The notes under the pieces are model-generated. The model worked only from the letters and a program-made list of their open reading frames with translations. It made no database searches and had not been told where the DNA came from. A stretch of 64,000 nt of DNA, taken from Balanoglossus misakiensis. Its lineage: Eukaryota > Animalia > Hemichordata. The DNA lies in NCBI GenBank assembly GCA_040954595.2, contig CM082591.2, forward strand, positions 11,859,309 through 11,923,308, in the 5' to 3' direction. Shown here piece after piece: positions 22,367 through 37,400 of the stretch; within the stretch, counting starts at the first letter, position 1; each line of letters begins with the position of its first letter. The position numbers and the translations under genes were made by a program.

Positions 22367-25300
22367 GTGACAATGTGTAATTAAAGAGAAATATACAGTC
22401 AGTGGAGTAAAGGGTATAACACAATCATACTGATGGAATTCTCACTACCTGAAATAGGTTTTTGCTACCTAGGTGAGTGATGAATAAAGGTCTAATGTCC
22501 TCTCTGATATAACATACTAGTGTATGGTAAATGTCTTTCAGAGATCTACACATTAAAGGGACAAACTCTCTACAGTTAATTCATTTTGGGGAGATTTTTA
22601 CTCTCATATCCTACAAACGGGATGGAAGTTGTGTGTGGTCGAACATTGATTCACTATATATCCACATGTAGAATAACATAAATGGTGTCTTGTATCAAAC
22701 ATAATGTATGGAAAAAGGGCAGCGAGAGAGAGACTTTGTCCCTTTAAATATCATAGCTGGCATACAGTTATAAATATGCATTTTTTGATTTATGTCTTGC
22801 AAGTACAAAACTGTTCTTTATTAAAAAGAAATACAGACAAGGTGATCCCAGGAACATAAAACCCAAAACTCAAAGCTACCAGACAGATGAGTCTTGAGAT
22901 AAACTTGGACTTACTTGTCAATCAATCTGGACTGCTCTTGTAACAACAACTCACTCAATGCTTCACTGGTGCTGGATGATTTTGTTGGCACTTGCATAGC
23001 AACAGATAAGGCTTTATTCAGAAACTCTTCTAGTTGGCTGGAATTGGCGCCTGTCAGCTGGTGATACACTGCATATGGTGCAAAGTCAAACAAAATTCAC
23101 CCAATCATAAAATGTATCATTAACATGATCATACCATAAAATATGTGAATGAATTACAATTATAGCGTGCGCATATTGAATCATACGAAATCACACCAAA
23201 TAACGCGAGACTTAGAAATAACATTACATGTGTATGGTGCCACTTAAACGACACCATTTATTCTTTTTGAGCCTAAATCATGTTTAACCACAACTAGACA
23301 ACCACAATGACCTTGTGAGAATGAAACCCACCAATAAATACATGTAGATAATCTGAAGCTATCACAGAAACAGAATGTCTTTGACAAAGTATTGCAAAGC
23401 CTTCAGTTGACCGCGAAAAAGTTGACGAAGCATGCATGTGGAAAGTGGAGTGTTGACAACAATGTGAATATATGCACGATAGCTTGCTGCGCTCGCACTC
23501 AGGTCAAACCTGTTACATATTACCAAAAATGTGGATCTATATAATTAACATTGGGTCCGTTCCTTCTTATCCCACTCGTGTTTCTGTTTGTTTGGTGAGA
23601 ATATCTAATAGGTTAGCCCCTTTCACTCCCAGTTCCTTCTTTAGAGGTCCAACCTTACCATAGAAAACGATGGGTTTGGACTGGAACATGGCGGTGAAAG
23701 GGTTCAGGTGCTTGAGGGAGTGTTAAAAATGCAGACTTTACCTTTCTATAACATGTCTCTATCTACAGCCATCCGTCCCTCAGTGACGGCTTCAATGATT
23801 TCACTCACTTCATCCAAGTTGCCACCACTGGCTTTGATGGGACTTTTCTCACTGCTCAGGGATTTCGCTGGAAGGAAGGACGTAAGACTGGAATTAAGGC
23901 ATACGTCCCTACATAAAGGGAGGACATTTGGACATGATACCACAAATGGTTAATGGAGTTTCTGGGAAGGTTTTCAAATTCCAGGAATTTCCAGGAGTGT
24001 ACGAATCCAGTTAAGAATTCTTTATGTCATGTGATCTGGCCATGTGACCTGCAGCATTGTCATTTCCAGGTGACGGCAAACAACATAGTGGCATCCAGTA
24101 AAAGTTTTCCACGTATGTAAGTACTTAAGAACCGCCAGACATGTAACATGTATCAGGTATAGTACCTCATCAGCCTCATGGCATTTTGTCTGCACAGTCT
24201 TTGTCTGCACCACGTTGCTGAAGTTGCCTGTCATCTGGAAAATTGAATGCCAACGTATTTGCCCTTGAGCGCGTCTGGCGTCTTTTGATATCAAAGAATA
24301 AATGCATTGTACAAACTTGAAACTATGTAGAATTTTTCTATTTATCCTGTGTGATATAGTGAAAACGCTCAAGTTACAGTTTGTGTATGGTTTTGAGAAT
24401 TATTTCACTGCTTGAGGTAAGTGAAATAAACAGCTCACCTTGTTGTCTGTTGACTTTTTCATACTGGTTGAGAAGTTTTGTAAACACACTGTTTTCAGAC
24501 TTTGATGAACTCAAAATTGCAGACACTAGCTGGACAAATCTCATCATATCTTCCTTCTTTTCAAGATGTTTCTAAATGATATAAAGGAGTGAGAGTGAGA
24601 ATTGTGCATGATTATGTCAGTTTTGAACTTTCATGTCTGTTTTGGACTGAGAGCTGTTGAATGAGAGAGAGAGAGGGAGAGAGAGATCGCGCTCGAACAA
24701 TCAGGGGGTCACGCAGACGTAATCTTTTCATTGGCGTGATACTGATATCACCACGTAACTTGCAATTCCCAAGAGTGCGACTGTACGTACGTAAACTGTA
24801 TCAAATTCAACTCATTCACGTCATATGAGAGGAGGTATACCGTGCGAATGCGAGCGCTGGGGGAACCGGGTACCGCCTACTTGAAATGGACCTCTTCCCT
24901 TAGTGAAGTCAAATAATCATAATTATCTATCATGTAAGAAGTCAAAAATGTAAGAGAATGTTTTAATAAATATGTCAACTTATTATTTATATTCCCCTGT
25001 ATATATTCCCCTGTAAATGTCTCATAATTTGAGGAATAATATTTTGGAAGCTGAACGGAAGTTGCAACTCAAATCAAATTTCAACTTCTCCAATATATGG
25101 AATAACACTATAAGCCTACTGACTTGAGAAACTCAAATTGAATTTCAAATTCTCGAACAAACGAAAATATGTTTGAATGTAAGTAATCTTACTATAAAAT
25201 TGACATGCAATTACCTGTCGTTGGTGAAGCAAACTGAACAATGGACATGACAAATGATGTTTTCTGTGTAGATTATAAATAAACTGACTCTCATCACTTG

Positions 25301-27935
25301 ATGTTAGGATTTCTTGCATTGCCAGAATGATGTGATCACCAGAATTCTCTGATGAATCAAACAATTTCAGCCTGGAGATTTCCCTGGACAGTGTCTGTGT
25401 GAGAAATGATGGCAAAATATTAATATCATTTATTAGGAAACCTGGCCAGTCACTGAGAAATCTGTCGGCCTTTACAAAGTATAGTTCATAATCTTCTCAT
25501 AAAATGATAAAGTTGCCGCAAAGGTATACAGTCACCTATAATTTACATACGCCCATATATGGCTGAAATGGCGTATTTGAGCGTTCTAAAGGACATATGG
25601 CGGCGCTCTTTTTTTCACGTGTGCCACCCACTGAAAATCTGTGATTGGCTAGATCTCAAGTTTACCATGGTAACTGTAGTTAAATTACCATAGGTGACAA
25701 TATACCTTAACATATCATATTTCTTCTGGGAAGTGTAATTGTTTTAAGATCAAATATTACATGTACATACCAATTGTATGCCTCTCAGATATTGTCTTTC
25801 TGTTGATGCAATCAATTTGTGCTCACCAATACTGAATAGCTGTAAATATAATCAAAGGAGAAGAAATCACTCACTCATTAGCAATGATACTGCAAAAGTG
25901 GAAGTGACTGATTTTGAGTATGAAGTTGGAAAAGAGTCCCAGTACAGTGTAGAGAGGTTTCCAGATTAGGTAGATTTTGCTGTCCAACCATTTTCACACA
26001 ACGGCCATAAAACTTAAAGAAGAACTATTAAATTACCCAGCCTGATAAGTTTTGTGGTGTTTGGAAAGTCGTCCATGTCTGATGACACAAGATCAGCTTT
26101 TGATTGTAACATGAGACATGATCAGTTGTGTTTTGGTTCAAAAGAACATGACCTGGTTTAAGAAGCCTTGCAACTTCAGGTGACTACAGAAGGAGCTATA
26201 CTGTGCCCATTGGCCTTGATTTGACTGAGAAACCATGATTTACTGAAAAGCCACTTGGAAAAGGGTCCACTTTATTTCTAAACCAAACTTACCTTCAGGA
26301 AGATCATCTTGGCTGACTCTTGACTATCTACAGTGACTTTTCTTGCATCCATCTTGGCTGCAACATCTTTCTTTTCATCCACCTGCATTGCCTCACTTTT
26401 CTCCTCTTTCTTTTCCTCATCTGCAAATAAAAATTGTGTTATGTCCAGGAAATATTATTTACTTTCTGAGAAGAAACTGGAATATCTAGCTTTGCAAATC
26501 AGTTAGTGAAATAAGAGAACGCAAACAATTAATTGTCATGAAATAGTCACCTCTGTTAATATCGCGAAAAATTTCCCATCACAAAAATTACCAAGATTAC
26601 AGTAACCTAAAAATATAAAATCCTAATAATGTCCAAAGTTGAAGAATTCTATATGTATGACTTAACTTTTGAGACACTATTTCACAACACAAATACTAGT
26701 ACCTTTGTTCTCTTTATCCAGGAATGAATTTTTTTCCACCTTCTGCTCCTCTCATCTGTTGAACTTCCACTAACTGAGCCATGTATCCTTTGTCAACCAC
26801 AGCCTGATCCATACTGTACAGATCTTGTCTGCAGGCCATGTCGAGATGCTGCAGTAGTTTGCTGTGAAAAGAAACAGAAGTGTTACATGTGTATGTGTGT
26901 TACAGGGCCAGATCACGGCACATCATGACAAAATCTTTGTGAATATGGTGCTAGCATCATGTTTATAGCAGATCATGTGTATTCATACTTGTGGGCCAAA
27001 TGACCTTAATATGTGGTTTGTTGTATGACTTAATTATAACACACACACCCAGTTTTTTTAATAGTCCTGCTTGAAAGATCACAGAGTGTCTTTGGCTACT
27101 GAAAAGCACCACCACAATGAGAGATAACTCACAACACCGAAGAGTAAATCTCTAAAGTTGTAATTTAAACCAAGTATGGAAATTGGGATGTACGGTAGCT
27201 TTGATGAGGAATAATTCTAGAGTTACAACATACCTCATGCTGTTGACTGGTATACCAAAGGACTGCACAAACAAGACCAACTGAGCTGGTTCCAAGTCTT
27301 CCAGGGCTGAAAAAAATGACAAATTCAGGATGAAAACAACAAAAGTTTGGTGAGAAAAGATCCCAAGTTGAATTGACACACAGATTGGCAGATATTTCCA
27401 CGAAATATCACATGTAAATGGTGCAACAACAGATTAACCGATCAGGCCATGACAAATACTGCACCTCTTCACAAAAACTGCTGGGTTGCAATTTATAGCA
27501 TAAAATTACTGTAAAACAGGAAATTTTTGTGATATCACAAGAGAGCTGACTATTCCATTGCTCACATTGTTTCTTTGCGACCATTTATTTTCACGTTTTT
27601 TGGCTCTCACGAAATTCGCAAAAATTTCCCCTTTTACAATAGTATGGTTGGATCTATACAATGTATACATTGAATGGGGATGAACACTGGACAGTGGAGC
27701 ATTCTATATTAAAATTTGGGAAAACATTGAAGCCATATTAAGGTCATACTTGATTAAGCTGAAAGACGGCACAGAATAAATTTGAAATTCAATTGGCTAC
27801 AAAAATTGACTTTTCTGCCATTCTGAGATCTCCATGCTGAGCTCAATTATGTTGCTGCTTCATATAGTGGTCAGCAATAAAAACTTACTACTGTTACAGT
27901 GGTTATACATGTAACTCTTATTAAATGTTTTTTTT
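21916..27935. repeat. Unit 4 (short type, 962-bp deletion), 6020 bp
   Basis: Deletion junction CTAAAT|GTGACAA at 22366. Confidence 0.95.
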
Positions 27936-28386
27936 TCTTGTTTTATCATGAAATCTGACAATATCACGAAATCTGACTGTGGGTGGCACGACAGAATAAA
28001 ACTGGTTTTCGTCTCAACTTTTGTACATGTAGTGACACAATGAAAGAATGACAGAGAAACTGCTAACAGACAGATTATTATATATTTTTTTACCTTTTCA
28101 TGTCACTTTTATAAAACACTGCATGGCAACAAATGTGAACCATGAACAATTTGCAAGACAATGAACTAGAAGTTGAACGAGATTTGAAGACCTGCTCTGG
28201 AAGTAATTGATTGACACTCACCCATGAGTAAGATTCCGCATGGGGCTGTGTGGCTTTCTTCAAGTAATTGTAGAATATATGTAACATGGATGTCAGTGTA
28301 CATAGTGTTGGTCTGGTCGGCACTGGTGTCTCTACACAGCATGGAGCTGAGTATGGTGGGCCTTTCTACAATCAACTGAGCTAAAT
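22915..28386 (-). pseudogene. INTS1: Partial INTS1 pseudogene copy D (8 exons)
   Basis: Lacks the METEP and GLLIDW exons. Confidence 0.88.
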
Positions 28387-31300
28387 GTGACAATGTGTAA
28401 TTAAAGAGAAATATACAGTCAGTGGAGTAAAGGGTATAACACAATCATACTGATGGAATTCTCACTACCTGAAATAGGTTTTTGCTACCTAGGTGAGTGA
28501 TGAATAAAGGTCTAATGTCCTCTCTGATATAACATACTAGTGTATGGTAAATGTCTTTCAGAGATCTACACATTAAAGGGACAAACTCTCTACAGTTAAT
28601 TCATTTTGGGGAGATTTTTACTCTCATATCCTACAAACGGGATGGAAGTTGTGTGTGGTCGAACATTGATTCACTATATATCCACATGTAGAATAACATA
28701 AATGGTGTCTTGTATCAAACATAATGTATGGAAAAAGGGCAGCGAGAGAGAGACTTTGTCCCTTTAAATATCATAGCTGGCATACAGTTATAAATATGCA
28801 TTTTTTGATTTATGTCTTGCAAGTACAAAACTGTTCTTTATTAAAAAGAAATACAGACAAGGTGATCCCAGGAACATAAAACCCAAAACTCAAAGCTACC
28901 AGACAGATGAGTCTTGAGATAAACTTGGACTTACTTGTCAATCAATCTGGACTGCTCTTGTAACAACAACTCACTCAATGCTTCACTGGTGCTGGATGAT
29001 TTTGTTGGCACTTGCATAGCAACAGATAAGGCTTTATTCAGAAACTCTTCTAGTTGGCTGGAATTGGCGCCTGTCAGCTGGTGATACACTGCATATGGTG
29101 CAAAGTCAAACAAAATTCACCCAATCATAAAATGTATCATTAACATGATCATACCATAAAAAATGTGAATGAATTACAATTATAGCGTGCGCATATTGAA
29201 TCATACGAAATCACACCAAATAACGCGAGACTTAGAAATAACATTACATGTGTATGGTGCCACTTAAACGACACCATTTATTCTTTTTGAGCCTAAATCA
29301 TGTTTAACCACAACTAGACAACCACAATGACCTTGTGAGAATGAAACCCACCAATAAATACATGTAGATAATCTGAAGCTATCACAGAAACAGAATGTCT
29401 TTGACAAAGTATTGCAAAGCCTTCAGTTGACCGCGAAAAAGTTGACGAAGCATGCATGTGGAAAGTGGAGTGTTGACAACAATGTGAATATATGCACGAT
29501 AGCTTGCTGCGCTCGCACTCAGGTCAAACCTGTTACATATTACCAAAAATGTGGATCTATATAATTAACATTGGGTCCGTTCCTTCTTATCCCACTCGTG
29601 TTTCTGTTTGTTTGGTGAGAATATCTAATAGGTTAGCCCCTTTCACTCCCAGTTCCTTCTTTAGAGGTCCAACCTTACCATAGAAAACGATGGGTTTGGA
29701 CTGGAACATGGCGGTGAAAGGGTTCAGGTGCTTGAGGGAGTGTTAAAAATGCAGACTTTACCTTTCTATAACATGTCTCTATCTACAGCCATCCGTCCCT
29801 CAGTGACGGCTTCAATGATTTCACTCACTTCATCCAAGTTGCCACCACTGGCTTTGATGGGACTTTTCTCACTGCTCAGGGATTTCGCTGGAAGGAAGGA
29901 CGTAAGACTGGAATTAAGGCATACGTCCCTACATAAAGGGAGGACATTTGGACATGATACCACAAATGGTTAATGGAGTTTCTGGGAAGGTTTTCAAATT
30001 CCAGGAATTTCCAGGAGTGTACGAATCCAGTTAAGAATTCTTTATGTCATGTGATCTGGCCATGTGACCTGCAGCATTGTCATTTCCAGGTGACGGCAAA
30101 CAACATAGTGGCATCCAGTAAAAGTTTTCCACGTATGTAAGTACTTAAGAACCGCCAGACATGTAACATGTATCAGGTATAGTACCTCATCAGCCTCATG
30201 GCATTTTGTCTGCACAGTCTTTGTCTGCACCACGTTGCTGAAGTTGCCTGTCATCTGGAAAATTGAATGCCAACGTATTTGCCCTTGAGCGCGTCTGGCG
30301 TCTTTTGATATCAAAGAATAAATGCATTGTACAAACTTGAAACTATGTAGAATTTTTCTATTTATCCTGTGTGATATAGTGAAAACGCTCAAGTTACAGT
30401 TTGTGTATGGTTTTGAGAATTATTTCACTGCTTGAGGTAAGTGAAATAAACAGCTCACCTTGTTGTCTGTTGACTTTTTCATACTGGTTGAGAAGTTTTG
30501 TAAACACACTGTTTTCAGACTTTGATGAACTCAAAATTGCAGACACTAGCTGGACAAATCTCATCATATCTTCCTTCTTTTCAAGATGTTTCTAAATGAT
30601 ATAAAGGAGTGAGAGTGAGAATTGTGCATGATTATGTCAGTTTTGAACTTTCATGTCTGTTTTGGACTGAGAGCTGTTGAATGAGAGAGAGAGAGGGAGA
30701 GAGAGATCGCGCTCGAACAATCAGGGGGTCACGCAGACGTAATCTTTTCATTGGCGTGATACTGATATCACCACGTAACTTGCAATTCCCAAGAGTGCGA
30801 CTGTACGTACGTAAACTGTATCAAATTCAACTCATTCACGTCATATGAGAGGAGGTATACCGTGCGAATGCGAGCGCTGGGGGAACCGGGTACCGCCTAC
30901 TTGAAATGGACCTCTTCCCTTAGTGAAGTCAAATAATCATAATTATCTATCATGTAAGAAGTCAAAAATGTAAGAGAATGTTTTAATAAATATGTCAACT
31001 TATTATTTATATTCCCCTGTATATATTCCCCTGTAAATGTCTCATAATTTGAGGAATAATATTTTGGAAGCTGAACGGAAGTTGCAACTCAAATCAAATT
31101 TCAACTTCTCCAATATATGGAATAACACTATAAGCCTACTGACTTGAGAAACTCAAATTGAATTTCAAATTCTCGAACAAACGAAAATATGTTTGAATGT
31201 AAGTAATCTTACTATAAAATTGACATGCAATTACCTGTCGTTGGTGAAGCAAACTGAACAATGGACATGACAAATGATGTTTTCTGTGTAGATTATAAAT

Positions 31301-33955
31301 AAACTGACTCTCATCACTTGATGTTAGGATTTCTTGCATTGCCAGAATGATGTGATCACCAGAATTCTCTGATGAATCAAACAATTTCAGCCTGGAGATT
31401 TCCCTGGACAGTGTCTGTGTGAGAAATGATGGCAAAATATTAATATCATTTATTAGGAAACCTGGCCAGTCACTGAGAAATCTGTCGGCCTTTACAAAGT
31501 ATAGTTCATAATCTTCTCATAAAATGATAAAGTTGCCGCAAAGGTATACAGTCACCTATAATTTACATACGCCCATATATGGCTGAAATGGCGTATTTGA
31601 GCGTTCTAAAGGACATATGGCGGCGCTCTTTTTTTCACGTGTGCCACCCACTGAAAATCTGTGATTGGCTAGATCTCAAGTTTACCATGGTAACTGTAGT
31701 TAAATTACCATAGGTGACAATATACCTTAACATATCATATTTCTTCTGGGAAGTGTAATTGTTTTAAGATCAAATATTACATGTACATACCAATTGTATG
31801 CCTCTCAGATATTGTCTTTCTGTTGATGCAATCAATTTGTGCTCACCAATACTGAATAGCTGTAAATATAATCAAAGGAGAAGAAATCACTCACTCATTA
31901 GCAATGATACTGCAAAAGTGGAAGTGACTGATTTTGAGTATGAAGTTGGAAAAGAGTCCCAGTACAGTGTAGAGAGGTTTCCAGATTAGGTAGATTTTGC
32001 TGTCCAACCATTTTCACACAACGGCCATAAAACTTAAAGAAGAACTATTAAATTACCCAGCCTGATAAGTTTTGTGGTGTTTGGAAAGTCGTCCATGTCT
32101 GATGACACAAGATCAGCTTTTGATTGTAACATGAGACATGATCAGTTGTGTTTTGGTTCAAAAGAACATGACCTGGTTTAAGAAGCCTTGCAACTTCAGG
32201 TGACTACAGAAGGAGCTATACTGTGCCCATTGGCCTTGATTTGACTGAGAAACCATGATTTACTGAAAAGCCACTTGGAAAAGGGTCCACTTTATTTCTA
32301 AACCAAACTTACCTTCAGGAAGATCATCTTGGCTGACTCTTGACTATCTACAGTGACTTTTCTTGCATCCATCTTGGCTGCAACATCTTTCTTTTCATCC
32401 ACCTGCATTGCCTCACTTTTCTCCTCTTTCTTTTCCTCATCTGCAAATAAAAATTGTGTTATGTCCAGGAAATATTATTTACTTTCTGAGAAGAAACTGG
32501 AATATCTAGCTTTGCAAATCAGTTAGTGAAATAAGAGAACGCAAACAATTAATTGTCATGAAATAGTCACCTCTGTTAATATCGCGAAAAATTTCCCATC
32601 ACAAAAATTACCAAGATTACAGTAACCTAAAAATATAAAATCCTAATAATGTCCAAAGTTGAAGAATTCTATATGTATGACTTAACTTTTGAGACACTAT
32701 TTCACAACACAAATACTAGTACCTTTGTTCTCTTTATCCAGGAATGAATTTTTTTCCACCTTCTGCTCCTCTCATCTGTTGAACTTCCACTAACTGAGCC
32801 ATGTATCCTTTGTCAACCACAGCCTGATCCATACTGTACAGATCTTGTCTGCAGGCCATGTCGAGATGCTGCAGTAGTTTGCTGTGAAAAGAAACAGAAG
32901 TGTTACATGTGTATGTGTGTTACAGGGCCAGATCACGGCACATCATGACAAAATCTTTGTGAATATGGTGCTAGCATCATGTTTATAGCAGATCATGTGT
33001 ATTCATACTTGTGGGCCAAATGACCTTAATATGTGGTTTGTTGTATGACTTAATTATAACACACACACCCAGTTTTTTTAATAGTCCTGCTTGAAAGATC
33101 ACAGAGTGTCTTTGGCTACTGAAAAGCACCACCACAATGAGAGATAACTCACAACACCGAAGAGTAAATCTCTAAAGTTGTAATTTAAACCAAGTATGGA
33201 AATTGGGATGTACGGTAGCTTTGATGAGGAATAATTCTAGAGTTACAACATACCTCATGCTGTTGACTGGTATACCAAAGGACTGCACAAACAAGACCAA
33301 CTGAGCTGGTTCCAAGTCTTCCAGGGCTGAAAAAAATGACAAATTCAGGATGAAAACAACAAAAGTTTGGTGAGAAAAGATCCCAAGTTGAATTGACACA
33401 CAGATTGGCAGATATTTCCACGAAATATCACATGTAAATGGTGCAACAACAGATTAACCGATCAGGCCATGACAAATACTGCACCTCTTCACAAAAACTG
33501 CTGGGTTGCAATTTATAGCATAAAATTACTGTAAAACAGGAAATTTTTGTGATATCACAAGAGAGCTGACTATTCCATTGCTCACATTGTTTCTTTGCGA
33601 CCATTTATTTTCACGTTTTTTGGCTCTCACGAAATTCGCAAAAATTTCCCCTTTTACAATAGTATGGTTGGATCTATACAATGTATACATTGAATGGGGA
33701 TGAACACTGGACAGTGGAGCATTCTATATTAAAATTTGGGAAAACATTGAAGCCATATTAAGGTCATACTTGATTAAGCTGAAAGACGGCACAGAATAAA
33801 TTTGAAATTCAATTGGCTACAAAAATTGACTTTTCTGCCATTCTGAGATCTCCATGCTGAGCTCAATTATGTTGCTGCTTCATATAGTGGTCAGCAATAA
33901 AAACTTACTACTGTTACAGTGGTTATACATGTAACTCTTATTAAATGTTTTTTTT
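27936..33955. repeat. Unit 5 (short type), 6020 bp
   Basis: All ORFs are offset by exactly 6020 from unit 4. Junction at 28386. Confidence 0.95.
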
Positions 33956-34406
33956 TCTTGTTTTATCATGAAATCTGACAATATCACGAAATCTGACTGT
34001 GGGTGGCACGACAGAATAAAACTGGTTTTCGTCTCAACTTTTGTACATGTAGTGACACAATGAAAGAATGACAGAGAAACTGCTAACAGACAGATTATTA
34101 TATATTTTTTTACCTTTTCATGTCACTTTTATAAAACACTGCATGGCAACAAATGTGAACCATGAACAATTTGCAAGACAATGAACTAGAAGTTGAACGA
34201 GATTTGAAGACCTGCTCTGGAAGTAATTGATTGACACTCACCCATGAGTAAGATTCCGCATGGGGCTGTGTGGCTTTCTTCAAGTAATTGTAGAATATAT
34301 GTAACATGGATGTCAGTGTACATAGTGTTGGTCTGGTCGGCACTGGTGTCTCTACACAGCATGGAGCTGAGTATGGTGGGCCTTTCTACAATCAACTGAG
34401 CTAAAT
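28935..34406 (-). pseudogene. INTS1: Partial INTS1 pseudogene copy E (8 exons)
   Basis: As copy D. Confidence 0.88.
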
Positions 34407-37400
34407 GTGACAATGTGTAATTAAAGAGAAATATACAGTCAGTGGAGTAAAGGGTATAACACAATCATACTGATGGAATTCTCACTACCTGAAATAGGTT
34501 TTTGCTACCTAGGTGAGTGATGAATAAAGGTCTAATGTCCTCTCTGATATAACATACTAGTGTATGGTAAATGTCTTTCAGAGATCTACACATTAAAGGG
34601 ACAAACTCTCTACAGTTAATTCATTTTGGGGAGATTTTTACTCTCATATCCTACAAACGGGATGGAAGTTGTGTGTGGTCGAACATTGATTCACTATATA
34701 TCCACATGTAGAATAACATAAATGGTGTCTTGTATCAAACATAATGTATGGAAAAAGGGCAGCGAGAGAGAGACTTTGTCCCTTTAAATATCATAGCTGG
34801 CATACAGTTATAAATATGCATTTTTTGATTTATGTCTTGCAAGTACAAAACTGTTCTTTATTAAAAAGAAATACAGACAAGGTGATCCCAGGAACATAAA
34901 ACCCAAAACTCAAAGCTACCAGACAGATGAGTCTTGAGATAAACTTGGACTTACTTGTCAATCAATCTGGACTGCTCTTGTAACAACAACTCACTCAATG
35001 CTTCACTGGTGCTGGATGATTTTGTTGGCACTTGCATAGCAACAGATAAGGCTTTATTCAGAAACTCTTCTAGTTGGCTGGAATTGGCGCCTGTCAGCTG
35101 GTGATACACTGCATATGGTGCAAAGTCAAACAAAATTCACCCAATCATAAAATGTATCATTAACATGATCATACCATAAAAAATGTGAATGAATTACAAT
35201 TATAGCGTGCGCATATTGAATCATACGAAATCACACCAAATAACGCGAGACTTAGAAATAACATTACATGTGTATGGTGCCACTTAAACGACACCATTTA
35301 TTCTTTTGGAGCCTAAATCATGTTTAACCACAACTAGACAACCACAATGACCTTGTGAGAATGAAACCCACCAATAAATACATGTAGATAATCTGAAGCT
35401 ATCACAGAAACAGAATGTCTTTGACAAAGTATTGCAAAGCCTTCAGTTGACCGCGAAAAAGTTGACGAAGCATGCATGTGGAAAGTGGAGTGTTGACAAC
35501 AATGTGAATATATGCACGATAGCTTGCTGCGCTCGCACTCAGGTCAAACCTGTTACATATTACCAAAAATGTGGATCTATATAATTAACATTGAGTCCGT
35601 TCCTTCTTATCCCACTCGTGTTTCTGTTTGTTTGGTGAGAATATCTAATAGGTTAGCCCCTTTCACTCCCAGTTCCTTCTTTAGAGGTCCAACCTTACCA
35701 TAGAAAACGATGGGTTTGGACTGGAACATGGCGGTGAAAGGGTTCAGGTGCTTGAGGGAGTGTTAAAAATGCAGACTTTACCTTTCTATAACATGTCTCT
35801 ATCTACAGCCATCCGTCCCTCAGTGACGGCTTCAATGATTTCACTCACTTCATCCAAGTTGCCACCACTGGCTTTGATGGGACTTTTCTCACTGCTCAGG
35901 GATTTCGCTGGAAGGAAGGACGTAAGACTGGAATTAAGGCATACGTCCCTACATAAAGGGAGGACATTTGGACATGATACCACAAATGGTTAATGGAGTT
36001 TCTGGGAAGGTTTTCAAATTCCAGGAATTTCCAGGAGTGTACGAATCCAGTTAAGAATTCTTTATGTCATGTGATCTGGCCATGTGACCTGCAGCATTGT
36101 CATTTCCAGGTGACGGCAAACAACATAGTGGCATCCAGTAAAAGTTTTCCACGTATGTAAGTACTTAAGAACCGCCAGACATGTAACATGTATCAGGTAT
36201 AGTACCTCATCAGCCTCATGGCATTTTGTCTGCACAGTCTTTGTCTGCACCACGTTGCTGAAGTTGCCTGTCATCTGGAAAATTGAATGCCAACGTATTT
36301 GCCCTTGAGCGCGTCTGGCGTCTTTTGATATCAAAGAATAAATGCATTGTACAAACTTGAAACTATGTAGAATTTTTCTATTTATCCTGTGTGATATAGT
36401 GAAAACGCTCAAGTTACAGTTTGTGTATGGTTTTGAGAATTATTTCACTGCTTGAGGTAAGTGAAATAAACAGCTCACCTTGTTGTCTGTTGACTTTTTC
36501 ATACTGGTTGAGAAGTTTTGTAAACACACTGTTTTCAGACTTTGATGAACTCAAAATTGCAGACACTAGCTGGACAAATCTCATCATATCTTCCTTCTTT
36601 TCAAGATGTTTCTAAATGATATAAAGGAGTGAGAGTGAGAATTGTGCATGATTATGTCAGTTTTGAACTTTCATGTCTGTTTTGGACTGAGAGCTGTTGA
36701 ATGAGAGAGAGAGAGGGAGAGAGAGATCGCGCTCGAACAATCAGGGGGTCACGCAGACGTAATCTTTTCATTGGCGTGATACTGATATCACCACGTAACT
36801 TGCAATTCCCAAGAGTGCGACTGTACATACGTAAACTGTATCAAATTCAACTCATTCACGTCATATGAGAGGAGGTATACCGTGCGAATGCGAGCGCTGG
36901 GGGAACCGGGTACCGCCTACTTGAAATGGACCTCTTCCCTTAGTGAAGTCAAATAATCATAATTATCTATCATGTAAGAAGTCAAAAATGTAAGAGAATG
37001 TTTTAATAAATATGTCAACTTATTATTTATATTCCCCTGTAAATGTCTCATAATTTGAGGAATAATATTTTGGAAGCTGAACGGAAGTTGCAACTCAAAT
37101 CAAATTTCAACTTCTCCAATATATGGAATAACACTATAAGCCTACTGACTTGAGAAACTCAAATTGAATTTCAAATTCTCGAACAAACGAAAATATGTTT
37201 GAATGTAAGTAATCTTACTATAAAATTGACATGCAATTACCTGTCGTTGGTGAAGCAAACTGAACAATGGACATGACAAATGATGTTTTCTGTGTAGATT
37301 ATAAATAAACTGACTCTCATCACTTGATGTTAGGATTTCTTGCATTGCCAGAATGATGTGATCACCAGAATTCTCTGATGAATCAAACAATTTCAGCCTG

